This document shows positions 23,225 through 30,533 of a stretch of 39,911 nucleotides of DNA, piece by piece. Source of the DNA: a virus; the IMG/VR virus record IMGVR_UViG_3300023082_000005, positions 1 through 39,911 of that record; one strand, given 5' to 3'. The position numbers and the translations under genes were made by a program. Every line of letters starts with the position of its first letter. Position 1 is the stretch's first letter. The notes below the pieces were generated by a model, which saw nothing but the letters and a program-made list of their open reading frames with translations, was not told the origin of the DNA and made no database searches.

Positions 23225-23345
23225 AAACAAATATCAATACGTTGTATATAAAATTATATAAAAAAATAAATAAAATAGTTCTTGCATGGTAAACATATCT
23301 TGTGCATATTTGCCTTACCGATTCAAACAACATCGGTATAAGGAT

Positions 23346-23498
23346 ATGAAAACAGCAGAAGATTTAGCAAAAGAAATAATTGAAAGACTAGAGTTTAATA
23401 TTAGGTGTTGCTCAGACAAAACAAAAGATGATAGAGCGCGAAAAGGTGCCTATGTAGATTCTTTGGTTATCGTAAAACAGTTAGCAAGAGAAATATGA
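23346..23498 (+). CDS. Hypothetical protein (50 aa), first rightward early gene
   Basis: ATG 23346 is preceded by AAGGA and a 7-bp hairpin (23316-23338). The track's longer start at 23286 is less likely. Confidence 0.45.
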   Translation: MKTAEDLAKEIIERLEFNIRCCSDKTKDDRARKGAYVDSLVIVKQLAREI

Positions 23499-23626
23499 CA
23501 CCCTACCAAACCCAACTACACAGGAACATCAACATAAAAGCTTCGATGTTCAAAATATCACCAAAATTAATGGCGGTAACGATTAAGTTTAACGCCGGAG
23601 TTTTACGTAGTGCTAAAAACAAATAA
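23495..23626 (+). CDS. Small hypothetical protein (43 aa)
   Basis: ATGA overlap with the previous stop. Ends 1 nt before the next ATG. Confidence 0.35.
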   Translation: MTPYQTQLHRNINIKASMFKISPKLMAVTIKFNAGVLRSAKNK

Positions 23627-23627
23627 C

Positions 23628-23888
23628 ATGGATCAGCAAACAAAACAAAAAATAGCTAAGTGCCTGAAGTTATCAATGGAAATTGAAGGGGCTAATTTTA
23701 ACTGGCATATTTCATCTAACACATTAACTGTATTTGGATGGAAAGAGCAAGATGAAGACGGTAATAGAGATTATGATTTTGAATATACGGCTTATTTATC
23801 AGATTGGGTAGAGAAAAACAGAAAACATTCAATAGAGGCGTTAATTGAAAACCTGAATTATCACATTCAACATGCCAAAAAGATATAG
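23628..23888 (+). CDS. Hypothetical protein (86 aa)
   Basis: Track ORF 23610..23888, trimmed to its first ATG. Confidence 0.5.
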   Translation: MDQQTKQKIAKCLKLSMEIEGANFNWHISSNTLTVFGWKEQDEDGNRDYDFEYTAYLSDWVEKNRKHSIEALIENLNYHIQHAKKI

Positions 23889-23961
23889 CTGGTTTTTACG
23901 GATAACCATAACAATGGGTATTATCGGAGTATTTTTAATAGTTAAATATTTATATAAGTAA
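23872..23961 (+). CDS. Small TM peptide (29 aa, MPKRYSWFLRITITMGIIGVFLIVKYLYK)
   Basis: ATG ORF ending 1 nt before the next ATG. Confidence 0.3.
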   Translation: MPKRYSWFLRITITMGIIGVFLIVKYLYK

Positions 23962-23962
23962 A

Positions 23963-24463
23963 ATGGAAAAGACACACTACAAAAAACTACGCGATGTAAA
24001 TTACATTGGAGCATTTGAATTAATGCCGGAAGATGGTAAAACAATCGAATTAGTGGTCAAAATTAATGGCGTTAAAAAAGAAGAACTTAAAAACGCTGAA
24101 AAAACACAAGGAATGGTTTTATACCTCGAAGGACAAAAGCCAATGATTGTAAACAGTGTAAATGCTAAAGCGATTACGAAAGTTGCAGGCAGTCCTTATG
24201 TTGAAGATTGGATAGGTAAATATATTACCTTGTATGTCGTTAAAATACGCGCCTTTGGTGAAAACATGGAGGCTTTGCGCGTTCGGGACAAAGCGCCTGT
24301 ATTTACATTACCTGAATTGCCTTTAAACAGCAAAGCTCACTTAGGTACGGTTGAAGCTATCAAAGAAAAGAAAACAACATTAGAGGCTGGATTAGAATAC
24401 CTTAAATCAAAATACACTTTGTCTGATGAAATAATTAAAACGCTCGAAGATGCAGCTATCTAA
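23963..24463 (+). CDS. Hypothetical protein (166 aa)
   Basis: ORF track. Sits just upstream of the nuclease gene. No motif that I can name reliably. Confidence 0.55.
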   Translation: MEKTHYKKLRDVNYIGAFELMPEDGKTIELVVKINGVKKEELKNAEKTQGMVLYLEGQKPMIVNSVNAKAITKVAGSPYVEDWIGKYITLYVVKIRAFGENMEALRVRDKAPVFTLPELPLNSKAHLGTVEAIKEKKTTLEAGLEYLKSKYTLSDEIIKTLEDAAI

Positions 24464-25133
24464 AGAATTTGAATGCAGATGCTCAGGGATTGGTCAGATA
24501 ATGACTAATCCCAAAAAGAAAACAGATATTCTTTCGGTCACTTGCCTATCTTACGTTCACAAGTGGATCAAGTCACAACCAGAATTCTATAATAGAGATA
24601 CCAATTTCAGATCAAAATATACCTCTAAAGGCAACTTTTGCGAATCTGAATCTATTAAGTTAGCTGCAGATTATTATGGGTGGGGCAATGTTGAAAAGAA
24701 TGAAGAAAGGAAGTCAAATGGGTATCTTTCTGGTGAAGCCGATATTGTTTTGCCTGGATCTATTGAGGATATTAAAAATAGCTGGTCACAAGATACGTTT
24801 CCGCTGTTCAGTACCGAAATACCTATTGATGGGTATGGTTATCAGGGGCAGGGCTATATGGAGTTGTGGGATAAACCTAAATTCGGTTTGATTTACACGC
24901 TAATGGATGCACCTGAACGACTTGTTTTGTCTGAAGCATGGAGTAGAGCCAGAGAACTCGAATTAGATGATCTAGAGGCTGAATTATACGACGAAGTAAA
25001 AGCATCCATGACTTATAGTGACATTAAAATTGATCTCAGGATAAAGCGTTTCGGATTAGATAGAGACAAAGAATCGATCGTATTGGTTTATGAAAGAATA
25101 GACCTGATTAGGAAATATATTAAGGATTTATAA
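24450..25133 (+). CDS. YqaJ/lambda-Exo-like PD-(D/E)xK nuclease
   Basis: SGEADIVLPGSIEDIKNSW (D...E/D-x-K arrangement) and an N-terminal CSGIGQIM...LSVTCLSYV pattern typical of YqaJ-like exonucleases. Confidence 0.5.
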   Translation: MQLSKEFECRCSGIGQIMTNPKKKTDILSVTCLSYVHKWIKSQPEFYNRDTNFRSKYTSKGNFCESESIKLAADYYGWGNVEKNEERKSNGYLSGEADIVLPGSIEDIKNSWSQDTFPLFSTEIPIDGYGYQGQGYMELWDKPKFGLIYTLMDAPERLVLSEAWSRARELELDDLEAELYDEVKASMTYSDIKIDLRIKRFGLDRDKESIVLVYERIDLIRKYIKDL

Positions 25134-25206
25134 TTAAAGCCTAACCCATCCGGCTTGATAGGATTGGGATTACAAATTTAACCACATATATTCTATTTAC
25201 TCGATT

Positions 25207-25231
25207 AGCCCCTAAAAATTGGGGCTTTTTG
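25207..25231 (+). terminator. Rho-independent terminator
   Basis: AGCCCC-TAAAAATT-GGGGCT followed by TTTTT. Confidence 0.6.
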
Positions 25232-25286
25232 CATTTATAAAAATAATTTAAAAATAATTACGATTTAATTTGGTAATACGCGTATT

Positions 25287-25553
25287 ATGATTACCTTTAC
25301 ATCATCGGAAACAAACAATCCGGTTAATATTATGAAAAACGAACTAGCAACAACAAACGAAAACACATTATATGTTGTATACGCAATCAGAAAAGGAGAA
25401 GTTGTTTTGGAAACAGAAAATGAAAACATAGCTAAAGGAATGGTTTTTAATGACAACGGCCTGGAATACTCTAAATACCCATCGCTCACATACGCTAAAC
25501 AAAAAGACAACAGTAAAGTTGATTTATATGAAACAACTTTTTTAGAATACTAA
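25287..25553 (+). CDS. Hypothetical protein (88 aa)
   Basis: ORF track. First gene after the terminator. TTAATTTG-like motif 9 nt upstream. Confidence 0.5.
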   Translation: MITFTSSETNNPVNIMKNELATTNENTLYVVYAIRKGEVVLETENENIAKGMVFNDNGLEYSKYPSLTYAKQKDNSKVDLYETTFLEY

Positions 25554-25563
25554 TATTTAAATA

Positions 25564-26046
25564 ATGAAAAGCATAGAAGAAATAAAAGATGAATACGCAC
25601 AAGAGTCAGGATTTAATGACTTTTATGACTACATTAAAAATAGCACAATAGGAGAAATAGACCATCACTGTTCTCACGTGGCTATGGTATTTGCTAATCA
25701 ATACAAATCTGATGTTTCAAATGCTATTTCAGATGATGAGATTGAAAAAGAAGCCGATAAAAGATATACTAATCAAACTGATGTAGGTCAATTCAGAAAT
25801 TACGCTTTTCAAGATGGGGCAGAATGGTACCGAAAGGAGTTAAAATATATAAATAATTCTACTAAAAAAGAGGAAAATAATAATTGGAAAAAACAAATGA
25901 GAGAATTAGAAATCGGACAAGCATTCGAAACGGATGCCGCCAACTACGGATCAATTAGGGCTATGAGGTCGAAACTTAGATTAGATGGATTTGACTTTCA
26001 GTTCAAACTTGGAAAAGGCACACTAACAGTAAGGAGGATAGCGTAA
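25564..26046 (+). CDS. Hypothetical protein (160 aa)
   Basis: ORF track. Confidence 0.55.
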   Translation: MKSIEEIKDEYAQESGFNDFYDYIKNSTIGEIDHHCSHVAMVFANQYKSDVSNAISDDEIEKEADKRYTNQTDVGQFRNYAFQDGAEWYRKELKYINNSTKKEENNNWKKQMRELEIGQAFETDAANYGSIRAMRSKLRLDGFDFQFKLGKGTLTVRRIA

Positions 26047-26669
26047 TGAAACGAAAAATAATATTACACCTTTGTGCCGATTTGGGGTCTGACAGCTTGT
26101 TTTATCAAATGAACAGCAGAGAATATGAAGTCATATTGATTGGTGAAAAAATAGGTGTTGAAAATTATACGCCACCTAAAAATGTATACGGAGTTATTGC
26201 AAACCCAGTATGTACTGAATTTTCAACCGCTAAGGATTTCAATCATATTGGTGACATTGAAAAAGGAATGTTTTTAGTTAGGCATTGCCAAAGAATAATT
26301 GAACAGGCAAATCCATATTTTTCAGTTATTGAAAACCCATTTAATGGCCGGTTGAAAGAAATATTGGGCACACCGCCATATGTTTATCAACCTTGGGAAT
26401 TTGGGTCGCCTTGGACAAAAAAAACAGGATTATGGGGTAATTTTAATATCCCAAACAAACTATATCAGAATTGGGAAGATGTACCTAAAATACCAGAATT
26501 ATATATAAGACCAGGAAGAAAAAAACCAGGATTAGTTTACTTGCATAAATCGGCAGTAAATTTAATACCAGAAATGCAGTGGGCAAAAGATCATATTAAG
26601 TGTGACGCTGACATTAGATCGATGTGTAGTCAAGGATTTGCAAGAGAATTTTATAATTTTAATAGATAA
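26046..26669 (+). CDS. Compact C5-cytosine DNA methyltransferase-like protein (207 aa)
   Basis: LHLCADLGSDS (motif I-like), IANPVCTEFS (PC motif IV-like), VIENPFNG (ENV motif VI-like), GSPWTKKTGLWGN (motif VIII-like). Very little room for a target-recognition domain. Confidence 0.5.
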   Translation: MKRKIILHLCADLGSDSLFYQMNSREYEVILIGEKIGVENYTPPKNVYGVIANPVCTEFSTAKDFNHIGDIEKGMFLVRHCQRIIEQANPYFSVIENPFNGRLKEILGTPPYVYQPWEFGSPWTKKTGLWGNFNIPNKLYQNWEDVPKIPELYIRPGRKKPGLVYLHKSAVNLIPEMQWAKDHIKCDADIRSMCSQGFAREFYNFNR

Positions 26670-26672
26670 ATC

Positions 26673-26882
26673 ATGAAACCAATCAAACAACACCTATCAG
26701 AACTACCGGAACCACACCGGACGAACGCAATTAATGCGGCATTTATAACAATGCTTGACATGAAAGTGGAAAATACTTATGACGCTTTATTTTTAGCAGT
26801 CAATTGGAATAATGAACCTGGCATGGATTACTGGGAAGAACTGCATGACTCAATAGTAGAAGGGAGGGCTTTTAATGGTTAG
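26673..26882 (+). CDS. Hypothetical protein (69 aa), paralogue of 33712..33927
   Basis: Shared pattern MK.I.Q..SE...P ... W....P.G..YW. Confidence 0.5.
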   Translation: MKPIKQHLSELPEPHRTNAINAAFITMLDMKVENTYDALFLAVNWNNEPGMDYWEELHDSIVEGRAFNG

Positions 26883-27228
26883 TCCTTACATCTATGCCGG
26901 TTTATCTGACAAAAATAAAATGCTCATGAAAAAAGGCATTAAACCTGCAGCGCCATCAAACATCATAGAGGCTATCTGCATTGATTTAGGCGTATCACTT
27001 GAAACGCTTACTGGATCTTCCAGGAAAAGGCCGTTAGTAGAGGGTCGTCAAATTGCAATGGCATTTATCAGGTATAACAATCCAAGTATAAGCCTCATGA
27101 AGATTGGTGAAATGTTTGGAGACAGAGACCATTCAACAGTGATCTACGCCATTCAGACGTACGAGGCACTTTATAAGACAGACAAACAATTTCAGAAACG
27201 TGTGGCACATATCAAATCACTCTTATGA
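26875..27228 (+). CDS. Stand-alone DnaA domain IV-like DNA-binding protein
   Basis: RKRPLVEGRQIAMAFIRYNNPSISLMKIGEMFGDRDHSTVIYAIQTYEAL closely follows the DnaA C-terminal signature (R.iAMyL....S...IG..FG.RDHsTV.hA). Confidence 0.75.
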   Translation: MVSPYIYAGLSDKNKMLMKKGIKPAAPSNIIEAICIDLGVSLETLTGSSRKRPLVEGRQIAMAFIRYNNPSISLMKIGEMFGDRDHSTVIYAIQTYEALYKTDKQFQKRVAHIKSLL

Positions 27229-27563
27229 TCAAGACAGCCCCAACACCGAAAACAGTATTTGAAATACTAAAATCGGCACATGTAATCGGTTTGCTTGCTA
27301 AAACTATTGATGTGGAGTACCAAACAAGAATAGTAGACACCAAGTTCAAGAACCCTAACACAAATAATCACGTTAGACGCATCAAAGAAGCCTCAGAAAC
27401 GATTCAAAAAGATTTGGCATATCAATTCAAGGTTAAGGACTATGAATCGATGACATACGATTATGTGCTTGAGTTTTACAGGCTGGTTAACTATTTCAGC
27501 GAGAAGTCTGCCGATCAGATTAGAGAATTTATGGATGGAGTTGAAAAATTAAAAGAAGATTAA
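27225..27563 (+). CDS. Hypothetical protein (112 aa)
   Basis: ORF track. ATGA overlap with the upstream gene. Confidence 0.55.
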   Translation: MIKTAPTPKTVFEILKSAHVIGLLAKTIDVEYQTRIVDTKFKNPNTNNHVRRIKEASETIQKDLAYQFKVKDYESMTYDYVLEFYRLVNYFSEKSADQIREFMDGVEKLKED

Positions 27564-27564
27564 G

Positions 27565-27942
27565 ATGAGAGAGTTAAAATTTAGGGCTTGGCACACTGAG
27601 AAAAGAAGAATGTTTGAAGTTTACGGATTAGGGATAGACTTCGTAACAGAAAATACTTTTGATGGAGTTGATCCAGGAACAAATGCCTTTTGTGGAGACG
27701 ATATGAATTTCATTGAAATAATGCAGTTTATAGGAATCAAAGACGTAGAAGGTGCAGATACTTATGAAGGCGATATTGTTGGTGACGGACATTCTAAAGG
27801 AATTGTATTTTTCAATAAAGATGAAGCTAAATTTCAAGTAGATTTTTCACCTTATGACGAATGTCCACAAGATTTATCTTCAGGTGTTAATTGTTGGCAC
27901 ATTATATTAGGCAATATCTACGAAAACCCTGACCTAGTATGA
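27565..27942 (+). CDS. YopX-family protein
   Basis: MRELKFRAW...IMQFIGIKDVEGADTYEGDIV...ILGNIYENPDL matches the YopX pattern. Confidence 0.8.
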   Translation: MRELKFRAWHTEKRRMFEVYGLGIDFVTENTFDGVDPGTNAFCGDDMNFIEIMQFIGIKDVEGADTYEGDIVGDGHSKGIVFFNKDEAKFQVDFSPYDECPQDLSSGVNCWHIILGNIYENPDLV

Positions 27943-28103
27943 CCGAACTTAGTCAATATCAGCAGTGGATAATGTTCTTGGATTCAGATGAAATGATCGA
28001 ATGGCGTGAAGAGGCATTGAAAATAGCTTTAGGTGATGACGCTTACTACGATATGAGAGGCAAGCAAGGGTATAATTTTGGACAATTAGAAATTAAATTA
28101 TGA
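27939..28103 (+). CDS. Small hypothetical protein (54 aa)
   Basis: ATGA overlaps at both ends. Fills a gap otherwise unannotated in the track. Confidence 0.45.
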   Translation: MTELSQYQQWIMFLDSDEMIEWREEALKIALGDDAYYDMRGKQGYNFGQLEIKL

Positions 28104-28435
28104 AAAAGAAGATAGTATACCTGGCACATCCAGTATCGAAAGATGTATCCGGTAATTTGAAAAAGTTAGAAGGTATTTACAGGCAATTATCATTAGAAAA
28201 TGAAGTAATACCATTTATACCTTATTATGCAACGTTAATGAGCCTGCAAGATTCAGAGCCTGCAGAAAGAGAAATAGGGTTTTCTCATAATGAGGCCATA
28301 TTCCGAAGAGGTTTAGTTGATGAAGTATGGTTGTACGGTGATTTTATTAGCCGAGGCATGGAGATAGAAATAGGCTGGGCAAATGAATTAGGTATTGATG
28401 TGGTTAGTAAATCGGATGGAACTATATTATGGTAG
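28100..28435 (+). CDS. Nucleoside 2-deoxyribosyltransferase-like / DUF4406-like protein
   Basis: KIVYLAHPVS (N-terminal nucleotide-binding-like loop) and VDEVWLYGDFISRGMEIEIGWANELGIDV (conserved S.G..E near the C-terminus). Confidence 0.45.
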   Translation: MKKKIVYLAHPVSKDVSGNLKKLEGIYRQLSLENEVIPFIPYYATLMSLQDSEPAEREIGFSHNEAIFRRGLVDEVWLYGDFISRGMEIEIGWANELGIDVVSKSDGTILW

Positions 28436-29103
28436 GTATAAACTTAATAAAAGGAAGTTGCTTTGATCTCAATAAAGATATTCAAGACGAATCGATTGAT
28501 CTTATCGTGACAGATCCACCGTATGGAATGAGTTTTGTTTCTTCACATCGTAAGGTAAAGCACAAAGAAATAGCAAATGATCAAAATTTATTATGGTTGC
28601 CGGATTGGTTTAAATCACAATATAGGTTATTAAAAACAAACTCACATGCTTATGTTTTTTGCAGTTATCATCACATAGATAAATTTATATCTTGTTCTAA
28701 AGAATCAGGATTTGAAGTTAAAAACGTATTGATATGGCACAAGAATAATACCGGTATGGGGGATCTTGAAGGTGACTACGCACCACAATACGAGTTTATT
28801 CTATTCTTATCTAAAGGTAGGCGTATTTTAAACGGAAGAAGAGACTCTAACATTATAAAATGTCCCAAGACCGGCAATAACAATCATCCTACTGAAAAAC
28901 CTGTACCCTTAATTCAATTCCTAATATCTAAATCTTCAAATCCTGGAGATCTTGTTTTAGACAACTTTTTTGGTTCAGGATCTTGCGCTATAGCCTGCAG
29001 TAATTTGAACAGAAGATTCATAGGACACGAGATAGATGAAGAAAGATATAATGACGCTAGCAAACGTGTTCAAATGATATTGTCTCAAACCAAACTATTC
29101 TAA
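28429..29103 (+). CDS. DNA methyltransferase (N6-adenine or N4-cytosine, beta class)
   Basis: IDLIVTDPPYGM (motif IV), then HPTEKPVPL and VLDNFFGSGS (motif I) in the beta-class order. Confidence 0.85.
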   Translation: MVGINLIKGSCFDLNKDIQDESIDLIVTDPPYGMSFVSSHRKVKHKEIANDQNLLWLPDWFKSQYRLLKTNSHAYVFCSYHHIDKFISCSKESGFEVKNVLIWHKNNTGMGDLEGDYAPQYEFILFLSKGRRILNGRRDSNIIKCPKTGNNNHPTEKPVPLIQFLISKSSNPGDLVLDNFFGSGSCAIACSNLNRRFIGHEIDEERYNDASKRVQMILSQTKLF

Positions 29104-29105
29104 AC

Positions 29106-29687
29106 ATGCCACGCAAAGGAACACTAAAAACACCCGAACAAAAGGCGGAATGCAATCGCAAAGCCAGAGAGAAAAGAGCTGAATACCGATTACTTAACCC
29201 ATTACCACCACCCTTAACACCTGAAGAATTGAAAGCTAGACAACAGGAACGGCAGCGCAAAGTTAACGCCAAGAGCAAGGCAGAACGAGACAGGTTAAAG
29301 GCATTAGGTATTAAGCCAGTTTGCGCACCGCTAACAGACAAACAAAAAGAAGTCATGCGATTACGTGCAAGAAAGAATAGAGAGGCTTACAGGGCTTTAA
29401 ATCCTGTCAAGAAACGAACAAAAGAGATTAAAACTCCAAAAGCTAAACCAATCGTCATTAAACAACCAAAGAAAATGGAAAAAATACTAAAAGCAAGACC
29501 AGAACGCAGGATCAGCGAAAAAGTGATAAAGCCGGTCAAATTAGATCACGCCAAGCAGCCGGATGTGATCGTCATTAAATCTAATGAAGAGGGTAAGGTA
29601 AAGGTTAGGCTAAATTCTAAGACCGAAGTTTGGGCTAAGCCTGGGTATGATATTAACGCTTTAAGGAGGAAGTTTGGGATAATATGA
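29106..29687 (+). CDS. Highly basic Lys/Arg-rich protein (193 aa) with internal 22-aa repeat
   Basis: EQKAECNRKAREKRAEYRLLNP and KQKEVMRLRARKNREAYRALNP share 11 of 22 residues. Confidence 0.55.
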   Translation: MPRKGTLKTPEQKAECNRKAREKRAEYRLLNPLPPPLTPEELKARQQERQRKVNAKSKAERDRLKALGIKPVCAPLTDKQKEVMRLRARKNREAYRALNPVKKRTKEIKTPKAKPIVIKQPKKMEKILKARPERRISEKVIKPVKLDHAKQPDVIVIKSNEEGKVKVRLNSKTEVWAKPGYDINALRRKFGII

Positions 29688-29947
29688 CTGTTATAGGACA
29701 AACAACGCAGAAAGCTAAAAAATCACATTTTGACGATGGAAGTCAATATTTCAATGATGATATAATAGGCATCACGGATGAAGAATTAAAAGATATTCAA
29801 AAGTCAAAGGACAATAAGTGGCGCATTCAGCCAGGAGAAAAGTATATCAGGCAAGCTGTAGTTGACGGTGGAGATTTTTGGATTTTTAAATGCAGGGTGG
29901 AAATTTTTAATATTATTTCAAAGTATAGTTTATTTGAAGATGATTAG
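29684..29947 (+). CDS. Hypothetical protein (87 aa)
   Basis: ORF track. ATGA overlap with the upstream gene. Confidence 0.55.
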   Translation: MTVIGQTTQKAKKSHFDDGSQYFNDDIIGITDEELKDIQKSKDNKWRIQPGEKYIRQAVVDGGDFWIFKCRVEIFNIISKYSLFEDD

Positions 29948-29949
29948 TT

Positions 29950-29977
29950 AAGGGGTGAAATTCCCCTTTTTATTTTT
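29950..29977 (+). terminator. Rho-independent terminator
   Basis: AAGGGG-TGAAATT-CCCCTT followed by a T-rich run. Confidence 0.6.
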
Positions 29978-29998
29978 GGAAAAGTGAATGAGGATTGG

Positions 29999-30006
29999 TA
30001 TATTTG
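29999..30006 (+). promoter_or_regulatory. -7 promoter box TATATTTG (SSB unit)
   Basis: Exact match inside the 16-mer ATTGGTATATTTGTTT, which is shared with 20826-20841. Confidence 0.5.
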
Positions 30007-30120
30007 TTTATCCGAAACGTCCACCGGAATTAAAAAAGAAATTTAGAAGCCTTGTGAGGGGATGGAGAGTGGACGCTCCTGAACCTTGTAAGGCTTCGTT
30101 GTTTATAAACATTTTTTATT
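30007..30120 (+). promoter_or_regulatory. Long structured 5' leader, or a small RNA, upstream of the SSB gene
   Basis: Nested complementarities: 30046-53/30090-97 (8 bp), 30064-67/30076-79 (4 bp), 30018-24/30069-75 (7 bp, pairs into the hairpin loop). Then the palindrome GTTTATAAAC and a U-rich tract. Confidence 0.4.
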
Positions 30121-30465
30121 ATGAAATTACAAGGTAAAGTATTTGCAATCGGAGAAACGCAAGTAATGAGTGAAAAATTCTCTAAAAGAGATCTAATCGT
30201 TGAATACGCTGAAAATCCTAGCTATCCAGAGTTTATTAAAGTAGAAGCGTTTAATGATAAAACGTCAATTCTTGATAAATTTTCTGTAGGACAAGAAGTT
30301 GATGTTGACTTTAATCTTAAAGGCAAGCCATGGACTGATAAAGCTGGTAAGACTTCTTATTTTAATTCTTTGGTTATTTGGAAGATTAATTCGGTTGGCG
30401 GCTTATCTAATAACGTTCCCGCTGTAACAACTCCAGCAGGTGAAGAAGATGACCTTCCATTTTAA
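30121..30465 (+). CDS. Single-stranded DNA-binding protein (DUF3127-type OB fold) with acidic C-terminal tip
   Basis: 114 aa. The C-terminus EEDDLPF resembles the bacterial SSB tip (DDDIPF). The N-terminal region fits the DUF3127 pattern as I recall it. Confidence 0.6.
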   Translation: MKLQGKVFAIGETQVMSEKFSKRDLIVEYAENPSYPEFIKVEAFNDKTSILDKFSVGQEVDVDFNLKGKPWTDKAGKTSYFNSLVIWKINSVGGLSNNVPAVTTPAGEEDDLPF

Positions 30466-30479
30466 TTGACACAATTTTG

Positions 30480-30510
30480 CCTGCGTCAAATATGGCGCAG
30501 GAATTTTTTT
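30480..30510 (+). terminator. Rho-independent terminator
   Basis: CCTGCG..CGCAGG stem followed by T7. Confidence 0.65.
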
Positions 30511-30533
30511 AGCTTACATTTTAAAAATAAAAT

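Noticed and set aside
26417-26525. Homopolymer A8 (26417-26424) and A7 (26519-26525) tracts inside the C5-MTase-like gene, considered as phase-variation switches.
   Set aside because: A-runs of this length are common in this AT-rich genome. There is no alternative-frame ORF that a slip would open.
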